From Alphaproteobacteria bacterium (GTDB lineage: Bacteria; Pseudomonadota; Alphaproteobacteria; VGEJ01), in contig CBDDBU010000021.1 of the NCBI GenBank assembly GCA_965226045.1, positions 1-64,000 on the forward strand: a DNA stretch of 64,000 bases. The letters are read 5' to 3'. A program made the translations under genes and the position numbers. Positions within the stretch are counted from its first letter, which is position 1; each line of letters starts with the position of its first letter. This document shows, piece after piece, positions 10,394 through 19,860 of this stretch. The notes under the pieces were generated by a model. The model saw nothing but the letters and a program-made list of their open reading frames with translations. It was not told the DNA's origin and ran no database searches.

Positions 10394-10878
10394 GCGGTGA
10401 CAAACTGACGGCCGCGGCAAGCGGCATATTGCGCAAACTGGCGCCGCTGGTCGATGGGGGCCACCGCGTTGCGGATTCCATTACGCGTCGGCTGACGCCG
10501 TTGGCGCTGCTTACCCTTCGGCTGCCGATCGCCGTGGTGTTCTGGCGTTCCGGCCGCACCAAGGTCGAGGGCTGGAGCATCTTCTCGGTCAAGGACACCC
10601 AGTATTTCCTGTTCCGGGAGGAGTTCGGCGTGCCGCTGCCGGAACTCACGGCCCATCTCACAGCGCTGGCCGAGCACATTCTGCCGGTCCTGCTCGTGCT
10701 TGGCCTGTTCACGCGTCTCAGCGCACTCGGAATGTTCACCATGACCATGGTTATCCAGCTATTCGTCTATCCCGACGCATGGTTGAGTGCCCACATGTTC
10801 TGGGCGGTCATCCTGCTCGCCGTGATGGTACTCGGGCCGGGAACGATCTCGCTCGATAAACTGCTGTTCCGCCGGTAG
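10390..10878 (+). CDS. bufD: DoxX-family membrane protein (BufD-like)
   Basis: 162 aa with 3-4 predicted TM helices. Translationally coupled to bufC. DoxX is the usual fourth gene of buf1-type operons. Confidence 0.65.
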   Translation: MSGDKLTAAASGILRKLAPLVDGGHRVADSITRRLTPLALLTLRLPIAVVFWRSGRTKVEGWSIFSVKDTQYFLFREEFGVPLPELTAHLTALAEHILPVLLVLGLFTRLSALGMFTMTMVIQLFVYPDAWLSAHMFWAVILLAVMVLGPGTISLDKLLFRR

Positions 10879-11195
10879 ATCGTTTCGTCACCCTGCGGCG
10901 GACGATTGGATCGGCGGCGGTGTGAAACCGGTTCCTCGCCAATCTGTGGCCGCGTTGCAGTGGGCCTGCCTACAATCGGCGCTCGCCGGGGGTTTGGCGT
11001 GCGGGTTCGACGCCGAGCGGCATGCCACTCTACAGATGCGGTTCGATTATGAGGAGTCAAACTCCCGCGCCAGACCAAAACCCCGGGGTTGTTGGAGCCG
11101 ACTGATTCCGGCCATTGGAGCGCATTTCCAATAGACAGAATCTGAAAGGGGATTGAAGTAAACCGCTAGCCGGTGGCCGAGAAGGCCTTCGACTT

Positions 11196-12423
11196 GGCTT
11201 TGGTGCATGGAGCCGCGATGGTGTGATCGCCCATTCCCCGGTTGGTTAGCGGATCCTGATTGTGTTTGGTTTCGCCGCACGGATAGAGCGATTGAGTGCG
11301 TCGATCTGCATGGCGATTTCGGTTTGTTGGGATTGGAATGTGCGAGCGTTGAGCTTGCCGCCGTTGAGCCTCTTGACGCGAGCCATGGCTGTTTCGCCAA
11401 GCGCTCTCAATCCGTAGCCCTGTCGTTTCTGCCAGTTCATCCTTCCCTTCGACGCGATCTCCGCCGCATGGTGCTCCCGTTCCGATCCGCCATGAGGCGT
11501 GTCCGGGAGAGGAATGGATGTGGCGCGTGGCGGGATGATGATTTCAGGTGGTGAATTCGGTGGCCGAGCTTCTCGGATCGCTTTTGTCACGGGCTCCCCG
11601 TCATAGGCGCCGTCGGCAAACACGCGCCGGATCATCCCACCGGAACCGGCGACCAGCGGTCCCGCCATCGTCGCATCGGCCGTGTCGTCACCGGTCAGTT
11701 CATGCGCCCGTATCTCGCTGCTGGCCGGGTCAACCGAGATACGCAGCTTGCGCCACGAGCGCCGCGTTTCATCGCCTTCTGCCGGTCGTTCTTCCCCTGG
11801 TCCCGCCATCGTCGCATCGGCCGTGTCGTCACCGGTCAGTTCATGCGCCCATCTCGCTGCTGGCCGGGTCAACCGAGATATGCAGCTTGCGCCACGAGCG
11901 CCGCGTTTCACCGTGCTTGGCGCGAGCCCACTCGCCAGCGCCAAAGAATTTCAGGCCCGTGGAATCCAGCACGATATCCGTAGACCGCTTGTTCGTGCTG
12001 GTTTCCACAACGACATCCACCGTTCGCCGCCGCCGCGACAGCGTGGTGTGATCCGGCACCGGCAGATCACACCCCATCAAGTCCACGAGGGAACGCACAA
12101 AGCCTTCCGTCTGGCGCAGCGGCAGTCTGAAGACCACCCCCAGCATCAGTGTCGTGGAAATCGCCAACTCTGAAAACCGCCGCTGGCCACCAGGAGTTCG
12201 CCGCTTGGCTGCGTCCCATTGCTCCAGGGCGCTCTCATCAATCCAGAAACGAATGTCGCCGCGCCGAACCAAACCACGGTCATAATCCGGCCAGTTCATG
12301 ACCCGGTACTTGGCTCTGGGGATATGGTGGCGACGCGATGCGTGGAACTTGAAAGGCATGACAAACTCTCAAAGACGGAAGCGGAGCCAGATATACTAAT
12401 CCTCAGGTCCATGCACCAAAGCC
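11196..12423 (-). mobile_element. IS903-group (IS5 family) insertion sequence, copy 2, disrupted by a ~120-bp internal partial duplication
   Basis: Same ends as copy 1 (GGCTTTGGTGCATGG ... CCATGCACCAAAGCC). Body identical except for the duplicated segment around 11760..11880 and a point difference. Confidence 0.8.
11246..12359 (-). pseudogene. IS903-group transposase, split by internal duplication / frameshift
   Basis: ORFs 11246..11944 and 11841..12359 together cover the 324-aa transposase of copy 1, with the repeated segment HELTGDDTADATMAGP. Confidence 0.8.
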
Positions 12424-12547
12424 GTAGGACGGGGCTGCTGATGCCCGGGAGCGGGCCTCTGACGACGGTAGAAGGAAGCCCGTGGCACCCCCAGCGCTCG
12501 GCACGCCGGCGCCACGCCGACCTGCGATGCGAGCGGCTGGACGGCCA

Positions 12548-13165
12548 TCAGCAGTCCTTCCCGTGTTCGAGGCTGAATCCCAGCAGCCCGGCAACTTTTC
12601 CCTGGACGTCCAGGATCGTATGGGCGGTGTGCAGCTCCTTCTCCAGCCGAGCCACTTTCGCCTCGAGCTCGTGCACCTTCGCGCTGAGGGGGTTGCGCTC
12701 GGCGGGCTTCCGACCGCGTTTGCTCGGGGTCAGGCCTTGAAGCGACCCCTCACGCCGCGCCCTGCGCTGCCATTCCGTCAGATGGGAGCTGTACACCTCC
12801 GAGTGGCGCCGTCGTTGGTTATAGAAGATCTCGATGTACTCGAATAGCGCAGCCCTGGCCTCGCGCCGGGTAGAAAACCGGGTACGGTGCACGAGTTCGG
12901 TCTTGAGAGATCCAAAGAAGCTCTCCATAGGGGCGTTGTCGAGGCAATTCCCCTTGCGGCTCATGGAGGCCTTGATGCCATGGAGGCGGAGCAGTTTGCG
13001 GTAGTCACCGCAGGCATATTGCACACCGCGGTCGGAATGGTGGATCAGCCCCATGGGCAACCGGCGGCTGCGGATCGCCATCTTCAGCGCCTCCTCTCTT
13101 CAGCCGCCTCCTCCAGAATCCGCAGTCGATACTGCGCGGTGAACTTGCGCCTCTTCGGCGCCCGC
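12548..13165 (-). pseudogene. IS3-family transposase mosaic (OrfA N-terminus, OrfB C-terminal rve fragment, then a second OrfA-like leucine-zipper fragment)
   Basis: PKRRKFTAQYRLRILEEA (OrfA start) sits in one frame. MGLIHHSDRGVQY ... SMSRKGNCLDNAPMESFFGSLKTE ... FYNQRRRHS (OrfB C-terminus) follows. Then SKRGRKPAERNPLSAKVHELEAKVARLEKEL (OrfA-like zipper). Internally deleted and rearranged. Confidence 0.6.
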
Positions 13166-13334
13166 CGCCGGCTTGGCCACGACCTCCGGGTCCGGCGTTG
13201 GCCGCGCGTGGCTGGCTCCGGCCCCGGGGGCCTCGTCGCGACGCTCCTCGACCCCCAGGGCCGGAGCGTCCATCTCTTGCAATGTCATCGATTCTCTCTC
13301 TGCGGTCATTGGTATTCACCTCCACCGCCCTACA

Positions 13335-13371
13335 GTAATTCCAAGGGGGCCGGTAATTCCAAGGGGGGCCG
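13335..13371. repeat. 18/19-bp tandem direct repeat (GTAATTCCAAGGGGGCCG x2) at the IS3-remnant / AT-rich-islet junction
   Basis: Direct reading of sequence. Confidence 0.8.
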
Positions 13372-13435
13372 GTGTCTCAGTGAGGTTGGCAGAGAGGGGC
13401 ACACTCATTTCTAGTCAACTGGCAGAGCTATTTAG

Positions 13436-14206
13436 ATGCTCGTCACAAGGGGCATGAGGCGTTCGCTAAAGCCCCAGACGCTAGTCATTGTAGCGAAACA
13501 TTTCGACAAGCTTTACGAAGACCTCTGGCAGGATGATGTATTTCATTACACGGGGATGGGCCGAAAGGGGAATCAACGGCTAGATCGTACTCAAAATAGA
13601 ACATTACGTGACCACGAAACACTTGGTGTGTCAGTCCATGTGTGTCAGTCCATTTTTTGAGCAATTTGTACCGGCCAAATATCACTATCAAGGAGAGGTG
13701 TACCTATCTGACAACCCGTATCAGGAGCACCAACCTGATGTCGAAGGAAATGACCGTTTAGTCTGGGTTTCCCCATTGAAGCTAAAAGTTGGTGACCCCG
13801 TACCTGAACCTCTGAATCAATATCGTGCTCGATTTGAGAAAAAGGAGAAAAGATCCGCTCAACTATCTCCAGCAAAGCTCAAGAAGAAGGCTCAACTGGC
13901 TAAGGGGTCAGCTGGGCGTAAACGTGTTTCGACCCTCCAGCACAAGAGAGATGAAAACGTTGCAGCCTATGCCAAGAATAGAGCTGCGGGATTTTGCGAT
14001 CTTTGCGAGAAACTGGCACCGTTTCTAAAAAAACGGACGGTAAACCCTACTTAGAGGTCCATCATATAATGTGGTTGGCTAGGGGCGGTGAAGATACGAT
14101 TTCCAATACCGTTTCCCTATGCCCGAACTGCCACCGCAAGATGCATTCATTGAACCTGCAGCACGATGTTTCTCGATTAACCGAAAAAGCTAGATCGTAT
14201 AAGTGA
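13436..14206 (+). pseudogene. SRA(YDG)-HNH type IV (modification-dependent) restriction endonuclease, 5'-truncated and frameshifted
   Basis: Frame 1 FHYTGMGRKGNQRLDRTQNRTL resembles the UHRF1 SRA segment FTYTGSGGRD ... NRAL. Frame 2 YHYQGEVY ... LVWVS resembles the SRA YDG motif region. C-terminal HNH motif CDLCEKLAPF ... EVHHIMWLARGG ... NTVSLCPNCHRKMH is split by a +1 shift at an A7 run (14027..14033). A 14-bp perfect tandem duplication lies at 13626..13653. Sits in an AT-rich (~45% GC) islet. Confidence 0.65.
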
Positions 14207-14242
14207 AATTCTTACATTCGGTGAGCAGTATGGAATCTGGAA

Positions 14243-14439
14243 TTATCTATAAGGCTTATCCCTCTGCATCCGGTAACGCAATATGAGGGGGCTACGCAGT
14301 TGTCGGTTGTCGAGCGGGTAGTTGGTCGCGAAAGCGCACTTTGCCTGGGCCTTAGCCGGGTCGCGCCGCTGCGCGCGTAGCATCGAGGCCACCACCCGTT
14401 GATCCTACCGGGGCCAGAGGGATAAGCCTTTTATCTATA
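14243..14439. repeat. Inverted repeat pair (core AAGGCTTATCCCTCTG / CAGAGGGATAAGCCTT) separated by ~150 bp; MITE-like or structured-RNA-like
   Basis: 16-bp perfect inverted repeat at 14251..14266 and 14415..14430, with partial extension. The GC-rich spacer contains the palindrome GCGCGCCGCTGCGCGCG. Confidence 0.5.
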
Positions 14440-14590
14440 TCCTGATCAACGAAGAGATGCCCGGATACGTCAAGATTGGGAAGACTGAAGGCCCTCTCGA
14501 GAGACGGATGAGGGGCTTGATACAACGGGCGTGCCTCTTCCGTTTGACTGCTTTTAAGCCCTCAAGGTTGGCGATGTAGATTTCGTCGGA
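14421..14590 (+). pseudogene. T5orf172 / GIY-YIG-like domain remnant
   Basis: FIYILINEEMPGYVKIGKTEGPLERR matches the T5orf172 consensus (YVL.N...KIG.T). Continuation DTTGVPLPFD is in another frame. No start codon; decays after ~50 codons. Confidence 0.4.
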
Positions 14591-14816
14591 AAACAGCTCC
14601 CACCAGACCAATGAGGTCAGTCGGAACCCTCATCCGAAAGTGATATCGCTTCTGCCTCTATCTGTACATACATGCCATCGCCGTGTAGCAATTTGTGTAG
14701 CAAACACGGCTCACGACACGGTGGATCACGCTTAAGTGATTGTTTGGCCTATGTTTTCACAAAGAATGGCGGAGTTAGAGAGGGAACAGATGGTCTGACC
14801 GACGCATGCAGCCGGT

Positions 14817-15686
14817 CTACCTGCCGATATCGACCAGGTCGCCGTAGGTCTCGGGGCGACGGTCGCGGTAGAACTGCCATAGGTCGCGGACCTCGCGCAC
14901 CTGGTCGAGGTCGATGTCGGATACCACCAGCTCGTCGTCGGTCTCGCTCGCCTGGGCGATGATCTGGCCGCGCGGGTCGACCACGTAGGACGAGCCGTAG
15001 AAGCGCCCGACGTTCCATGGCGCCTCCTCGCCGACCCGGTTGATGGCGCCGATGAAGACGCCGTTGGCCACCGCTGCCGCCGGCTGCTCCAACTCCCACA
15101 GGTATTGGCTCAAACCCGCCACGGTGGCCGAGGGGTTGACAATGTACTCGGCGCCGCGGAGCGCGAGCGCCCGCCATCCTTCGGGAAAGTGGCGGTCGTA
15201 GCAGATGTAGACGCCGAGCTTGCAATAGGCGGTCTCGAACACCGGCCAGCCGCTCGCGCCAGGCTTGAAGAAGAACTTCTCGTAGAAGCCGGAGACCTGG
15301 GGGATGTGGGTCTTGCGATACTTGCCGAGGTAGCTGCCATCAGCGTCGATCACGGCTGCGGTGTTGTAGTAGACCCCGGTCATCTCCTCCTCGTAGACCG
15401 GCGCCACGATCACCATGTCGTGGCGCTTGGCGAGTTCGCGCATGTGGCTCACGGTCGGCCCGTCGGGCACCTTCTCGGCGGCGGCGTACCACTTCCGGTC
15501 CTGGCTCGGCGGGAAATAGGGCTGGGTGAAGACCTCTTGGAGGGAGAGTATGCGTACCCCCTGGGCTGCCGCCTTGGCGATGAAGGGCTCGTGCGCGGCG
15601 ATCATCCGGTCGCCGATAGCCTGCGGGCTGTCGCCGGTGTCGCCCTTAAGCGACATCTGAATCAGGCCGACCTTGACGATGCTCAT
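14817..15686 (-). CDS. Beta-ureidopropionase / N-carbamoyl-amino-acid amidohydrolase (CN-hydrolase family)
   Basis: 289 aa. Nitrilase-superfamily catalytic context (E, K, C in GVYICYDRHFPE). Genomic context with preTA and dihydropyrimidinase. Confidence 0.75.
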   Translation of the reverse strand: MSIVKVGLIQMSLKGDTGDSPQAIGDRMIAAHEPFIAKAAAQGVRILSLQEVFTQPYFPPSQDRKWYAAAEKVPDGPTVSHMRELAKRHDMVIVAPVYEEEMTGVYYNTAAVIDADGSYLGKYRKTHIPQVSGFYEKFFFKPGASGWPVFETAYCKLGVYICYDRHFPEGWRALALRGAEYIVNPSATVAGLSQYLWELEQPAAAVANGVFIGAINRVGEEAPWNVGRFYGSSYVVDPRGQIIAQASETDDELVVSDIDLDQVREVRDLWQFYRDRRPETYGDLVDIGR

Positions 15687-15888
15687 ATGGCCCCCTCGGG
15701 CTCGCGACCCTGGCTGCCCTCGTTCGACGCATGAACTTCATTCCATGGTCCACCGAAACGCCGAGCCAGGCAAGCGCGCCCGAGGGCCTCCTGCGGTGGG
15801 ACTTGATGGGGCGGGCTTGATGGGGGCGGACGGCCCTCGTAGTGTCATTTGAGCACATGAACGCGGGGAGGCGCGGCGGAGGTCCGAC

Positions 15889-17256
15889 ATGGTGGACAGT
15901 CCCGACATCGCATCGGCGCGGCGCAATCAGGCCGACTACGGAACGGCGTTCGCCGACTCGAAGCCACCGCTCGACCGCCCGCGCGCGCTGGTCGACGCGG
16001 CGCGCTGCTACTTCTGTTTCGACGCACCTTGCGTCGAGGCCTGCCCCACCGGCATCGACGTGCCGAGCTTCATTCGCAAGATCTCGACCGACAACGTGCG
16101 CGGCGCGGCGCTCGACATTCTCGAGCCGAATATCTTTGGCGGCGCGTGCGCGCGGGTGTGCCCGACCGAGGCGCTGTGCGAGGAAGCCTGCGTGCGCACG
16201 GCACAGGAAGGAAAGCCGGTGCGCATCGGCCTGTTGCAGCGCTACGCGACCGATTGGTTGCTGGCCAGTGGCGAGCAGCCCTTCTCGCGCGCCGTCGCTA
16301 GCGGCAAGCGCGTGGCGGTCGTTGGCGCCGGCCCGGCGGGTTTGGCGGCCGCCCACCGCCTGGCACGCCTCGGCCACGCCATCACGGTGTTCGAGGCGAG
16401 AGCGAAGCCCGGCGGACTTAACGAATACGGCATCGCCGCCTATAAGGTACCGAACAATTTCGCGCACCTGGAGACGGACTTCATCCTCGGTATCGGCGGC
16501 ATCGACGTCCGGTACGGCAAGGCGCTCGGGCGAGACGTAGCGCTCGGCGGCCTGCGGGCCGAATTCGACGCGGTTTTTATCGCCACCGGCCAGGCCGGCG
16601 TTCGCGCCATCGAGACCGAGGGTGCCGCGCTCGACGGCGTGCGCTCGGCGGTCTGTTTCATCGCCGAACTGCGGCAAGCCGAGGATGTGAGCCGACTGCC
16701 GGTGGGGCGGCGCATCGTCGTCATCGGCGGCGGCAACACGGCTATCGACATTGCCGCTCAGACCCGCCGCCTCGGGGCGGAGGACGTGACCATCGTCTAC
16801 CGGCGCGGGCCCGAGGCGATGGGCGCGACCCGCCACGAGCAGGAATTCGCCCAGACCGACGGGGTGCGGATCAAGCACTGGGCGCGCCCCGGCCGTCTGA
16901 TCGGCGCGGGCGGTCACGTTATCTCAGCCGAGTTCGAACGCACCCAAGAGACCGACGGCGGGAGGCTTACCGGCACTGGTGAGACGTTCGCGTTGCCTGC
17001 TGATATGGTCTTCACGGCGATCGGGCAGGCGTTCGTTATCGATCCGGTTTCAGGGGATGGTGAGGCACTGGACATCGTCGATGGCCGCATCGCGGTGAGC
17101 GGCGACGGCGCAACCTCGCTCAGCGGCGTCTACGCCGGCGGGGATTGCGTCGCCGGCGAGGACTTGACGGTCCAGGCTGCCGAGGATGGCAAGCGCGCCG
17201 GCCTCGCGATCGATCGCTATCTCAGCACTGCCGTGCAAGGAGAAGACGATGGCTGA
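15889..17256 (+). CDS. preT: NAD-dependent dihydropyrimidine dehydrogenase subunit PreT (GltD-like, FAD/NAD binding plus Fe-S)
   Basis: 455 aa. CxxCxxxCP ferredoxin motifs plus [14 protein letters not shown] dinucleotide fold. Overlaps preA start by 8 nt. Confidence 0.85.
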   Translation: MVDSPDIASARRNQADYGTAFADSKPPLDRPRALVDAARCYFCFDAPCVEACPTGIDVPSFIRKISTDNVRGAALDILEPNIFGGACARVCPTEALCEEACVRTAQEGKPVRIGLLQRYATDWLLASGEQPFSRAVASGKRVAVVGAGPAGLAAAHRLARLGHAITVFEARAKPGGLNEYGIAAYKVPNNFAHLETDFILGIGGIDVRYGKALGRDVALGGLRAEFDAVFIATGQAGVRAIETEGAALDGVRSAVCFIAELRQAEDVSRLPVGRRIVVIGGGNTAIDIAAQTRRLGAEDVTIVYRRGPEAMGATRHEQEFAQTDGVRIKHWARPGRLIGAGGHVISAEFERTQETDGGRLTGTGETFALPADMVFTAIGQAFVIDPVSGDGEALDIVDGRIAVSGDGATSLSGVYAGGDCVAGEDLTVQAAEDGKRAGLAIDRYLSTAVQGEDDG

Positions 17257-18520
17257 TCTCAGCGCTAACCTGGCCGGCGTCAAGTCGCCGAACCCGTTCT
17301 GGCTCGCGTCCGGACCGCCGGCCGACAAGGCCTACAACGTCGCCCGGGCCTTCGAGGCGGGCTGGGGTGGCGTGGTCTGGAAAACCTTGGGCGATCCCAT
17401 CGTCAATACTGCGTCGCGCTATGGCGCCGCCGCAAGCAACGGTTCGCGAGTCGCGGGGTTCACAAACATCGAGCTCATCACCGATCGCGCGCTCGACGTC
17501 AATCTGCGCGAGATCACGGAGATCAAGCGCGACTGGCCCGACCGCGCCGTCGTCGTGTCGGCGATGGTGCCCTGCACCGAGCCCGAGTGGGAGGTGATGG
17601 TCAAGCGGATCGAGGAGACGGGAGCCGATGGCGTCGAGCTCAATTTCGGCTGTCCGCACGGCATGTCGGAACGCGGCATGGGGGCTGCCGTAGGTCAGGT
17701 GCCCGATTATGTCGAGATGGTGACGGCCTGGGCCAAGGCCCACACCAGCCTGCCGGTGATCGTCAAGCTGACGCCCAATGTGACGAGCATCCTGGCGACG
17801 GCCAGGGCGGCGCGAAACGGGGGCGCCGACTCGGTATCGCTCATCAACACCGTGGCGTCCATCATCGGCGTCGATCTCGATACCATGTCGCCGCTGCCGA
17901 GCGTCGACGGCAAGGGCAGCCACGGTGGCTATTGCGGCCCCGCGGTGCGGCCGATCGCGCTGCGCATGGTCGGCGACATCGTCCGCGAGCCCGACCTGGC
18001 CGATCTGCCGATCTCCGGCATCGGCGGCATCGAGACCTGGCGCGAGGCGGCCGAGTTCATCGCCCTGGGGTGCGGCTCGGTACAGGTCTGCACGGCCGCC
18101 ATGCACTACGGCTTCAAGATCGTGGACGACATGATCGACGGGCTCGGCAATTGGATGGACGAGAAGGGCTACGCGCGCCTCGACGATTTCCGCGCCGCGG
18201 CGGTCAGCAACTACGTCAGTTGGGAAAACCTCGACCTCAACTTCGAACTCCTCGCCCACATCGACCAGGACCTCTGCATCAGGTGCGGGCTCTGCCATAT
18301 CGCCTGCGAGGACACCGCCCATCAGGCGATCCGCGCGCGTCGCGACAACGGTGACCGCCGCTATGAGGTGATCGACGCCGAGTGCGTCGGCTGCAATCTC
18401 TGCGCGCTGGTCTGTCCGGTCGAGGGCTGCGTGACCATGCGGCCAGTGGACAACGGCAAGCCCTACATGTCCTGGGCAGAGCATCCGCGCAATCCGGCCA
18501 ACGCGGCCAGCACGGAGTGA
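17249..18520 (+). CDS. preA: Dihydropyrimidine dehydrogenase subunit PreA (DHOD-like TIM barrel plus C-terminal 2x[4Fe-4S])
   Basis: Start set at MADLSANLAG. DHOD/DHPD family motifs and C-terminal CIRCGLCHIAC ... CVGCNLCALVCP. Confidence 0.85.
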   Translation: MADLSANLAGVKSPNPFWLASGPPADKAYNVARAFEAGWGGVVWKTLGDPIVNTASRYGAAASNGSRVAGFTNIELITDRALDVNLREITEIKRDWPDRAVVVSAMVPCTEPEWEVMVKRIEETGADGVELNFGCPHGMSERGMGAAVGQVPDYVEMVTAWAKAHTSLPVIVKLTPNVTSILATARAARNGGADSVSLINTVASIIGVDLDTMSPLPSVDGKGSHGGYCGPAVRPIALRMVGDIVREPDLADLPISGIGGIETWREAAEFIALGCGSVQVCTAAMHYGFKIVDDMIDGLGNWMDEKGYARLDDFRAAAVSNYVSWENLDLNFELLAHIDQDLCIRCGLCHIACEDTAHQAIRARRDNGDRRYEVIDAECVGCNLCALVCPVEGCVTMRPVDNGKPYMSWAEHPRNPANAASTE

Positions 18521-19704
18521 GCCTGCCGCTTGCTGGCCTCAAGCTAGTGGCGATCGAGCGCTTTGGCGCTGGCCCCTATGGCTCGGGGCATTGCGCCGAC
18601 ATGGGCGCCGACGTCATCCGCATCGAACATGCGACTGCCGGCCCCGACGCGGCGCGGGTCATGGGCCCGTACCTCCTGGGCGCGGACGATTCGCAGTTCT
18701 TCCAGGCCTTCAACCGCAACAAGCGCTCGCTGTCGCTCGATCTCAAGCATCTGCGCGGTCGCGAAGTGCTGGAGCGCCTGGTCGCGACGGCCGATGGCCT
18801 GATCAACAACCTGCGCGGCGATCAGCCAGACAAGCTCGGCCTGACTTACGACCGGCTCAAGGGGCCCAACCCGCGCATCGTCTGTGCCCATATCTCGGGG
18901 TACGGTCGCGACGGCCCACGCAAGAGCTGGCCCGGCTACGACTACTTGATGCAGGCGGAGGCCGGCTTCCTGTCGCTGACCGGCGAGCCCGATGGCGCGC
19001 CCGCCCGGTTCGGCCTGTCGATGGTCGACTACATGACCGGGATGACGGCGGCGTTCGCCTTGCTGGCCGGCATCATGGCGGCGCGGCAGAGTGGCGAGGG
19101 CCGCGATGTCGACGTCTCGCTCTATGACGTCGCTATGCACCAGCTATCCTATCCGGGGGTGTGGTACTTGAACGAAGGGTTGGTGACCGCGCGTGTCGCG
19201 CGTTCCGGTCACCCTTATGTGGCGCCCTCCCAGCTCTGCCGCACCGCCGATGGCTGGATCTTCATCATGGCCCAGACCCAGAAGTTCTGGGCTCTTCTGT
19301 GCGACCGGATCGGGTGGCCGGAACTCACCGACGATCCACGCTTCCGGAGCTATGAGGATCGACACGAGAACCGCGACGTCCTGACCGAGGTGCTCGACGA
19401 GATCCTGACCCGGCGGACGACGGCCGAATGGATCGCGGTCTTCGCCGGCGTCCTGCCCTGCGCGCCGGTCAACGAGATCGCCCAGGCCTTGGACAACCCG
19501 TACTTTCGCCAGCGCGGTGGGGTGCGGACCGTCGCCCATCCCGACCGGCCCGACCTTAAGCTGTTGGCCAGCCCGATCCGCCTCGACGAGCCGATCCCCG
19601 ACCGACCCGGCCCCAAGCTCGGGGCCGACACCGACGCCATTCTCGCCGAACTCGGCTACGACGACGAGGAGATCGATGCGCTCCGACAAGCCGGCGCCGT
19701 CTAG
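18517..19704 (+). CDS. Family III CoA-transferase (CaiB/BaiF family)
   Basis: Probable GTG start overlapping the preA stop (GTGA). N-terminus LAGLKLVAIERFGAGPYGSGHCADMGADVIRIE matches the CaiB-family Rossmann region. Confidence 0.8.
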   Translation: MSLPLAGLKLVAIERFGAGPYGSGHCADMGADVIRIEHATAGPDAARVMGPYLLGADDSQFFQAFNRNKRSLSLDLKHLRGREVLERLVATADGLINNLRGDQPDKLGLTYDRLKGPNPRIVCAHISGYGRDGPRKSWPGYDYLMQAEAGFLSLTGEPDGAPARFGLSMVDYMTGMTAAFALLAGIMAARQSGEGRDVDVSLYDVAMHQLSYPGVWYLNEGLVTARVARSGHPYVAPSQLCRTADGWIFIMAQTQKFWALLCDRIGWPELTDDPRFRSYEDRHENRDVLTEVLDEILTRRTTAEWIAVFAGVLPCAPVNEIAQALDNPYFRQRGGVRTVAHPDRPDLKLLASPIRLDEPIPDRPGPKLGADTDAILAELGYDDEEIDALRQAGAV

Positions 19705-19860
19705 CAGGTGCAAGGCTCTCGCTCCGATCCTTCGAGACGCGGCCCTTCAGGCCGCTTCTCAGGTTGAGGAACACTCACAGATGCTCTTGCTGAGGAGGCG
19801 CGAAGCGCCGCCTCGAAGCATCGGAGCCGTTGGCGCCCAGCCCGTTCGAAGCGCAGCATC

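Noticed and set aside
10960-11060. tRNA/tmRNA-like GGGTTCGA motif between bufD and the IS903 copy
   Set aside because: No acceptable cloverleaf could be built. T-stem complementarity is absent. The motif is too short to support a tRNA fragment call.
15646-18484. Long minus-strand ORFs (15646..16917, 17222..18484) overlapping preT and preA
   Set aside because: Antisense to strongly supported genes. Arg/Ala-rich translations typical of high-GC shadow frames.
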